Shown: one piece after another, positions 16,627 through 24,000 of the stretch | Layout of the letters: each line of letters starts with the position of its first letter | Position numbering within the stretch: the first letter of the stretch is position 1 | Assembly (NCBI GenBank): GCA_050173995.1 | Contig: JBFXKH010000025.1 | Coordinates: forward strand, 5,349-29,348 | Direction of reading: 5' to 3' | Length of the DNA stretch: 24,000 nt | Source: Lysobacterales bacterium | Lineage (GTDB): Bacteria; Pseudomonadota; Gammaproteobacteria; Xanthomonadales; Ahniellaceae | Position numbers and translations under genes: made by a program | The notes under the pieces: model-generated | Told to the model about the DNA's origin: nothing | What the model saw: only the letters and a program-made list of their open reading frames with translations | The model's database searches: none

Positions 16627-16889
16627 GCAAGGATGTCCTTCATCTCACCGAGGCGCGGCCAGGCGAGCAGCGCTGCACGGGCCGTGCCGCAACTTTCGAT
16701 CATGTTGCGTTCGCCTGCACCGATGCTGCCGCCTACCGGGTCAGGCTGCAGGCAGCCGGCATCGCCTTCACCACCGATACCGTTCCAGGCACGGGCCAAC
16801 TGCAGATGTTCTTCACCGATCCCGCCGGCAATGGCGTCGAAATCAATTTCGCCGGGTCGGCTGACGCCTCCGTCAGAGCAACCGTGTAG
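16479..16889 (+). CDS. VOC (glyoxalase/bleomycin resistance/dioxygenase) family protein
   Basis: 'SGICHFNLRAPRELLDALRDFYCDIVGLSVGARPAFSSFGYWLYAGSKDVLHL...TFDHVAFACTDAAAYRVRLQAAGIAFTTDTVPGTGQLQMFFTDPAGNGVEINF' typical VOC fold with metal ligands. Confidence 0.9.
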   Translation: MQVSGICHFNLRAPRELLDALRDFYCDIVGLSVGARPAFSSFGYWLYAGSKDVLHLTEARPGEQRCTGRAATFDHVAFACTDAAAYRVRLQAAGIAFTTDTVPGTGQLQMFFTDPAGNGVEINFAGSADASVRATV

Positions 16890-17292
16890 GCGGGCGAGGC
16901 GCGTCGGGACGGGTCGGCTGCAACGGATGGCTGGCCGCCTGCCGCGCCAGCACGAAGCCCTCGCCGGATTCGGAATTCACTGGCAACAGCGCACGAGCCG
17001 CGAGCACTTGCGCGACAAGAATGTTTGGAATGGCGGCGCGGCCTTGCCGCCACGGCTTGGCAAGCGTGGGCGGGAGCCAGGTAACCTTTGGCGCAAGAGC
17101 GAGCTGATCGAGTTCAAGTGCAAGCGGTTGCTCGTCGGCGGAGAAGAACGCCGAAGCAACCTGCGCACTGTCGTCGGCAGCGTTGACGTGGACACAGTCA
17201 TCACGACGGTCAGCGGCGCAGCGCGGTAGCACCCCGGTTGCGAGTGCAACCTGCCAATCGGAAAGCGATGTAATGCGAAAAATCGAAGACAT
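16873..17292 (-). CDS. DUF952-like protein (tentative)
   Basis: 'SSIFRITSLSDWQVALATGVLPRCAADRRDDCVHVNAADDSAQVASAFFSADEQPLALELDQLALAPKVTWL...IPNILVAQVLAARAL' follows the DUF952 pattern; 17 nt overlap with the convergent VOC gene. Confidence 0.5.
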   Translation of the reverse strand: MSSIFRITSLSDWQVALATGVLPRCAADRRDDCVHVNAADDSAQVASAFFSADEQPLALELDQLALAPKVTWLPPTLAKPWRQGRAAIPNILVAQVLAARALLPVNSESGEGFVLARQAASHPLQPTRPDAPRPPTRLL

Positions 17293-17304
17293 GGGATGCG
17301 CGGC

Positions 17305-18144
17305 CTAATGTCTAATCGCAGCGGTGGGTTTGCCAGAGCATCGTACTGCAAGCGCGCCGGTCTTCTGGACCTGCCCTGGTGGCCCACACCGGCCGTCGTC
17401 GAGGAATTGCGAGATCAGCGTGCCGATCCTGGACTGTAGCTCGGTGGGGCCATGGTCGTTCATGTCGTTATGACGGGCGCCGGCGATTGCCGTGATACAC
17501 GTGCCGGCATTCGCTTCCTGCGCTGTGGGTAGAACACCAGGGTCCGCCTCGAAGTCGCTGCCACGAATCGACAGGACTTTGATCGACCGGCTCCGGGGAA
17601 GCGGGTATCTGCGATGGTCGAGCGTGACCAGCGCCGTCGCAAGCGCAGGAGACCGATGTACGAAAAGGGCCGAAATGTCTCCCCCGTTCGAGTGGCCGAC
17701 CAGCGTTAACCGAGACCAGTCAAAGCCAGTGTGTGTACGGGACAGGGCGTCACGCACGAAGTGAAGATTCTCGACGCCACGATGCCACGCCGGCATGCGA
17801 CTGGCGAATAGGTCGCCGGACCTGCTTAGCGGGGCGTCGGTAGGCAGGTCGTGTTGAATGGCCACAACCAGGTAGCCAGATCGTGCCAGTGTGGCGGCGA
17901 CAAACGAGTAGTCAGTGTGGCGCAGGCCATAGCCAGGGCTTAGCAAAGCGACCGGGCATGGCCTGTCACGGATGCAGTCGTGCGGACGCGCCGGGAAATA
18001 AACTGCGATCGGAATGTGCCGGTCACGGCTTGCATCCCATAGCTCGGCCGACTCGGTAAGTCTTGAACCGCCCGCAGCTGTGGTTGCGCAGGCCACCAAA
18101 GCGACCAGCACCAGCAGTGTCGCAAATCTCATCAGTGCTTTCAT
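17305..18144 (-). CDS. Alpha/beta hydrolase-fold lipoprotein-like protein
   Basis: Signal/lipobox-like 'MKALMRFATLLVLVALVACATTAAG'; 'PCPVALLSPGYGLRHTDYSFVAATLARSGYLVVAIQHDLPTDAPL' and nucleophile elbow 'LVGHSNGG'. Confidence 0.85.
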   Translation of the reverse strand: MKALMRFATLLVLVALVACATTAAGGSRLTESAELWDASRDRHIPIAVYFPARPHDCIRDRPCPVALLSPGYGLRHTDYSFVAATLARSGYLVVAIQHDLPTDAPLSRSGDLFASRMPAWHRGVENLHFVRDALSRTHTGFDWSRLTLVGHSNGGDISALFVHRSPALATALVTLDHRRYPLPRSRSIKVLSIRGSDFEADPGVLPTAQEANAGTCITAIAGARHNDMNDHGPTELQSRIGTLISQFLDDGRCGPPGQVQKTGALAVRCSGKPTAAIRH

Positions 18145-18171
18145 GGGGGCTGAGAGTTGAAGTTTTGTCGC

Positions 18172-18522
18172 TCAGGGCGACAACGCCAGCACCAGCCGCA
18201 GGCCTTCATCGACTTGTGACATGGCCTTGCCGGAGAGCGACCTGACTTTGGACGCGAGCAAAGCGCGATCCAAGGTGATGAGTTGCGAGACGTTGATTAC
18301 CGAGGCTCTCGGCAACCCCGATTCGGACCTGGCCAAACGCACATTGCCCGGTGCCGCTGCCAAGGCCAGGTTGGACGTGACGACAGCCACGATGACGGTC
18401 CCTATGCGACTTTCATTGAATGCCTGCGATTGCACAACCAGCACCGGACGTCGGAAGCCTGGATCGGAGCCGGTAGCTGCAGGCAGCGACGCCCACCACA
18501 ACTCACCACGCTTCATCTGCAA
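18172..18522 (-). CDS. MazF/PemK-like endoribonuclease toxin
   Basis: 'MKRGELWWASLPAATGSDPGFRRPVLVVQSQAFNESRIGTVIVAVVTSNLALAAAPGNVRLARSESGLPRASVINVSQLITLDRALLASKVRSLSGKAMSQVDEGLRLVLAL' = MazF fold motifs. Confidence 0.93.
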   Translation of the reverse strand: MQMKRGELWWASLPAATGSDPGFRRPVLVVQSQAFNESRIGTVIVAVVTSNLALAAAPGNVRLARSESGLPRASVINVSQLITLDRALLASKVRSLSGKAMSQVDEGLRLVLALSP

Positions 18523-18531
18523 CCGAACTCG

Positions 18532-18870
18532 TCAGGCTGCATCTGCGGGCGTGCGCAAGAACCCCACTGCAATGGCAAAGACCACGGTCAACAGCAGTAC
18601 CTCGGCCAACCCGGCGCCAGCCACCAGCAGAAGCGTTCTCGCTTCCTCCTCCGCGACTATCGATAGTTTCGTCAGCTCCTCAATCCCAACCAAGATAAGA
18701 AACAGCAGAACGTATAGCAACACGGGGATGATCGAATAAAAGAAGAACAACCAAGCTGCCTTGAATCTGCGCATCACGCCGCTGCGCACTTGTCCGATCT
18801 GTCGCGCGAAGACGCCGACCGGCACCAGGATGATCGACCAGAATAGCAGCGACAGCAAATGCTCTCTCAT
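18532..18870 (-). CDS. Small predicted three-TM membrane protein directly upstream of mazF-like gene
   Basis: ATG at 18870 with GGAGG upstream; MREHLLSLLFWSIILVPVGVF...AAWLFFFYSIIPVLLYVLLFLILVGIEELTKL...TLLLVAGAGLAEVLLLTVVFAIAVGFLRTPADAA; ends 9 bp before the MazF start. Confidence 0.7.
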   Translation of the reverse strand: MREHLLSLLFWSIILVPVGVFARQIGQVRSGVMRRFKAAWLFFFYSIIPVLLYVLLFLILVGIEELTKLSIVAEEEARTLLLVAGAGLAEVLLLTVVFAIAVGFLRTPADAA

Positions 18871-18905
18871 CCGGCCTCCTGGGTACACCAAGTAGTGGCT
18901 TCGCA

Positions 18906-18956
18906 GCCCGACGCCTGAGCCAAGCCGCGAAGCGGCTGCGGCTTGAATGAACCGCT
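18906..18956 (-). other. Degenerate attC-like sequence, opposite orientation
   Basis: Minus strand reads 'GGTTCATTCAAGCCGCAGCCGCTTCGCGGCTTGGCTCAGGC-GTCGGGC', very close to attC3 'CATTCAAGCCGACGCCGCTTCGCGGCGCGGCTTAATTCAGGC-GTTAGGC'. Confidence 0.6.
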
Positions 18957-19140
18957 GGACGAAGCCGCTACGCGGACAAAGCCCCACTGCGGCGCCTGTG
19001 CGGCGAGGATGATACCTCTCCCCCACGGCCGATGGCTGGCCAAGGCAACAACGGATGGGGCGATCGGCGGAACCCGGCTGCGCTGGCGTTGGCTGTGCCC
19101 AGGTGCGGACCTTTGGAGTGCGGCGCTACGCGCCGCTTTG
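18951..19140. repeat. Dispersed repeat, second copy of 16027-16212
   Basis: See alignment at 16027-16212. Confidence 0.7.
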
Positions 19141-19203
19141 GATGCTCTACTGGCAGCGACTGACGCAAAGCATCCAAAGCGGCGCCGAGCGCCGCACGCC
19201 AAA
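19112..19203. repeat. Long near-perfect inverted repeat (arms ~35 bp, loop 22 bp)
   Basis: Arm 1 19118-19146 GTGCGGCGCTACGCGCCGCTTTGGATGCT; arm 2 19169-19197 AGCATCCAAAGCGGCGCCGAGCGCCGCAC; each arm itself contains GCGGCGC-NNN-GCGCCGC. Confidence 0.9.
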
Positions 19204-19400
19204 ATACCCGCCGGTGCCGATGGGCTCGAACACATCGGCACCGCGCTCGATGTGGGCCATTGCGGCGGTCTGGTCGCTGCATGTGCCATGCCCGACCAGG
19301 CCAGCTGTGGGCCTGTGTGAGTGCCCGCAGTGCCCCAATCAACGACCACACCACCAACCTACGGTCCGGATCGTGGCCGCGCACGATCCAAGCCTATTCG

Positions 19401-19655
19401 TCAGGCGGCTGAATCCAGTTGCCAGCCGGGAAAAGCAAGAACCGCCGGGTGGCAATGCAGCGCAGCGCCCAACACCTTGGCACGCTCTACGCCCAAATTG
19501 ACCCGACCCGTTTCGATGCTGGAGATGGTTGTTTGTGGGATGCCGCAAAGCGCGGACAGTTCATTCTGGCTGAGCCCCTGCAGTTCGCGAATGATGCGAA
19601 CGGACTCGCCAGGCGTAACGTCGACGCGCTTTTTGGCTGGAATTGGTTTGCTCAT
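19401..19655 (-). CDS. XRE family helix-turn-helix protein (antitoxin-like)
   Basis: MSKPIPAKKRVDVTPGESVRIIRELQGLSQNELSALCGIPQTTISSIETGRVNLGVERAKVLGAALHCHPAVLAFPGW; GGAGG upstream of the ATG at 19655. Confidence 0.88.
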   Translation of the reverse strand: MSKPIPAKKRVDVTPGESVRIIRELQGLSQNELSALCGIPQTTISSIETGRVNLGVERAKVLGAALHCHPAVLAFPGWQLDSAA

Positions 19656-19867
19656 TTCAGCGCCTCCGATAGTCATGAGCTGTGACACGCGCTACTTGAA
19701 CGACCATGACGCCAGCCTTGATCCGGAGGCTTGCGATGCTGCGATCAATGCGCTTGATTTGTCGAAGCGCTGATGAGCGCTGGACCCCCACATAGCGCGT
19801 CGCGTCGGTTTCCGGAAGACGCGCACCACTCTCGTCACCCATGCCGACCTCGCGTTGTCTTTAGCTG

Positions 19868-20470
19868 TTACCGTTGTGCATACCGAGTGGCCAACGCGCA
19901 TAAATGTTTGCGTGTGCGCGCAAGACTCGGGGAACGTTGCGCCGCCCGAGTCGGGGACCACTGGGTACGAACCATCTCGCAAAGTCTGGCGTTATATCCC
20001 AGCCCCTGCGAGGCAATGGCGTTTCGTCGCACCACTAAATCTTCGCGTACTGCACGATGCGCCTTTTCCGCGATTCCCAACAATGTTCGTTTCGGGTCGC
20101 TCAGGCCATCGGGATTCTCGGGCAGGGAGCGGATACGCGTTCCCATCAGGGTGCGCAACCCCTCGTGATCGGCAATGATCCATGACTCGATTTCCCGCAC
20201 TGCCACCCTGAACACCAGTCCTGCTGGCTGCGCAATATCTTGCAGCCAATTGGCAATCAGTGTCGGCGCACATTTGGATTGGTCGAGATCGGTGATAAGG
20301 AACACGGGTTCATGCGCTGCCATCCGACAGAAGTTTCCGATGCGGCTCCGCAGGTACCCCGATCCACCTCGTCGAAGGCATTGGTGCGCGTGCAACCCCA
20401 CTTCAGCGGCGAGACAAAGCCCCACCTGCTCGCTGAGCTCATCTTCGGTTGCGAGCGTGATCCCACTCAC
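19868..20470 (-). CDS. Small protein with TOPRIM-like E...DxD motifs, partner of the ATPase (DUF4276/AriB-like architecture, tentative)
   Basis: 'GITLATEDELSEQVGLCLAAEVGLH' (acidic motif after beta1), 'PVFLITDLDQSKCA' (DxD after beta3), 'VREIESWIIAD'. GTG at 20470 overlaps the ATPase stop (GTGA); the ORF track starts at an in-frame GTG at 20476. Confidence 0.6.
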   Translation of the reverse strand: MSGITLATEDELSEQVGLCLAAEVGLHAHQCLRRGGSGYLRSRIGNFCRMAAHEPVFLITDLDQSKCAPTLIANWLQDIAQPAGLVFRVAVREIESWIIADHEGLRTLMGTRIRSLPENPDGLSDPKRTLLGIAEKAHRAVREDLVVRRNAIASQGLGYNARLCEMVRTQWSPTRAAQRSPSLARTRKHLCALATRYAQR

Positions 20471-21630
20471 TGCCACAGCCCCAGCTGCGCTGCCGCGCTG
20501 GGACGGGCCTTTGGAAGCACTACTTCGGCAACAGACAGCCCGCTCAGCAACGCGCTGCTTTCCCTTTCGTCAAGGACGCGCACAACAGTTCCCTCGGGCG
20601 CCGCCACCAGCAACAGGACGCCGCGTCCATCTATGCCCGGATTGCTCAGCAATGCCTCACTGTGCGTACTGATAAAAACCTGCCTCGAACGGCGTTTTTT
20701 ATCGCGCTGAATTCGTTGCAGCAGAAGTGGGATTTGGCGAACGATTGCATCATTCAGCGACAACTCGGGCTCTTCGAGGAGCAACAGAGAGTCCCCTTCG
20801 AGGAGCACCCACAACAATCCAAGGAGGCGCAAAGTTCCGTCCGAGAAGTGTTCCTCGCGCTGCCAGCCTGCGTTGGGCCGATGGTGTGCGTAACGGGCCT
20901 CCAAGTGTGGCCTTCCGCTAACTTTATCCGGTGTGAATCGAAGTTCTACGAATTGCGGGACGGCCAGTTTCAAGGCTTGCCCGATCTTCTTCAAGCGCGA
21001 CTCGCGCGCGCGATCCTGGGTCTTGGCAACACGCTCCAAGAAGCCTTGGCCGAACGGATCATCCTCGAGTAATTTTCCACCGAGCTGATCGGCGTACTTG
21101 AGTAACTGCGGGACTAGATGAAGATATGTTGCCTCGCCAAAAAATTCGGCAATTGCTCGAAACTTCGCGTTTGCCTGGATCTGCTCCAACGCGGTCTGTG
21201 TCAGCCGCATTGGATCCTTCTTGTCGGTCTTCGGGTTAGGCCGATCCAGCAGGAGCTTGCCACCGCGAAAGACTTGCTCAACGGAGATGAGAGTGCGCTG
21301 CGCGCCCTTTCCCTCAGGCTTGAATCCCAACACATATCGCCACGTCTCGGCCCCATCCTCAGCGCTGTCGGCAAGATCCACCTCGATCCGAACTTCGGGA
21401 TCTTTGCGCGCATGCAGGCAACGTAGTTTTTGGATTCCACCTCGATCATGGATCGCTTTTTGCAATCCACCACCATGCGGCTTGCAAACATCGCGCAGGA
21501 ATCGGAATACATCCAAAAAATTGGACTTGCCCGACGCATTTGCCCCAAGCAGGTACGTGCGCTCATGCAGCGGCACGTCCACGGCGCGAAAGTTGCGCCA
21601 GTTCTTGAGCTTGAGATGGGTCACTATCAT
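20467..21630 (-). CDS. AAA (RecF/SMC-like, AAA_15/AAA_21) family ATPase
   Basis: 'MIVTHLKLKNWRNFRAVDVPLHERTYLLGANASGKSNFLDVFRFLRDV' Walker A, 'FSDGTLRLLGLLW' signature-like, 'LLLLEEPELSLND' Walker B, 'VFISTHSEALL' H-motif. Confidence 0.92.
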   Translation of the reverse strand: MIVTHLKLKNWRNFRAVDVPLHERTYLLGANASGKSNFLDVFRFLRDVCKPHGGGLQKAIHDRGGIQKLRCLHARKDPEVRIEVDLADSAEDGAETWRYVLGFKPEGKGAQRTLISVEQVFRGGKLLLDRPNPKTDKKDPMRLTQTALEQIQANAKFRAIAEFFGEATYLHLVPQLLKYADQLGGKLLEDDPFGQGFLERVAKTQDRARESRLKKIGQALKLAVPQFVELRFTPDKVSGRPHLEARYAHHRPNAGWQREEHFSDGTLRLLGLLWVLLEGDSLLLLEEPELSLNDAIVRQIPLLLQRIQRDKKRRSRQVFISTHSEALLSNPGIDGRGVLLLVAAPEGTVVRVLDERESSALLSGLSVAEVVLPKARPSAAAQLGLWQ

Positions 21631-22047
21631 GATAAACGTCTCCGAGCGAGTGCTGCTCGCTCGCTATGGGCTGCTTTAGGTGTCCAAAATTACCGCCAAC
21701 CTGCAGACATTCATCCAGCACCGTAGCGCAACCGGAAGAACGGTTGCAATGCGACCCTGGCGGGCTGAACCAATCCATCCATATGGAGTTGGATCTGGGG
21801 ATTGTAGGCCCGATCGCCTTGCGTGCGCGAGCCTGGCGGCGGCACAGGCCAGCGCAGATGCTGGGGTTCGCTGCGCTTACCGCCAGCCTACGTTTATCCG
21901 GACGGTCGCAGGCCGAACCGGGCGGTGGCGAGGTGTGACAGCACGTTATCGGTGGCGGGTTCGGGATTGACCGGCTCCGCTGTCGAGAGCCACTGCGATT
22001 CGTCCGGGCTACTTTTTGCACTACTTCCTAAGCTGATTTGCACGCCG

Positions 22048-24000
<1,953 letters not shown>

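Noticed and set aside
16141-17229. 362 aa plus-strand ORF covering the region before and through the VOC gene
   Set aside because: Uses a different frame from the VOC gene and translates the attC-like and repeat sequence; composition looks non-coding.
21631-22047. ORFs 21666-21938 and 21563-22021 between the ATPase and aacS as possible genes or transposase remnants
   Set aside because: No recognisable motif and poor protein-like composition; not enough evidence to call either a gene or an IS remnant.

Overview
High-GC window that looks like a gammaproteobacterial, Xanthomonadales-like chromosome (inference from gene content and repeat style). The left part (1-12.2 kb) is ordinary core genome: prmA (5' truncated), folA, apaH/apaG (minus), folC, a DedD-like SPOR protein, cvpA, purF, a DUF455 ferritin-like protein, and a large secreted protein with two C-terminal repeat domains. 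Several REP/BIME-like and heptamer repeats sit between these genes. From about 12.8 to 19.7 kb the window is accessory. The clearest feature is a short run of integron gene cassettes with three well-formed attC sites (13145-13201, 13836-13892, 14740-14799). Their R'' and R' core boxes pair between neighbouring sites as cassette integration predicts. The cassettes carry a small membrane-like ORF, a two-ORF cassette (DUF6864-like plus an 88 aa TM protein), and a TIR-like (PF10137-type) nucleotide-binding protein. No intI is in the window. Further right are degenerate attC-like remnants in both orientations, a HicAB toxin-antitoxin pair between two ~400 bp direct repeats that each carry a VOC gene or remnant, a DUF952-like gene, an alpha/beta hydrolase, a MazF-like toxin next to an unusual membrane protein, and an orphan XRE regulator. 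At 19.9-21.6 kb a translationally overlapping pair (AAA/RecF-like ATPase plus a small protein with TOPRIM-like E...DxD motifs) is a candidate two-gene defence system. The window ends with a complete acetoacetyl-CoA synthetase gene (minus). The best 'system' candidates are the ATPase/TOPRIM-like pair and the TIR cassette. All functional calls are by eye; no database search was run.
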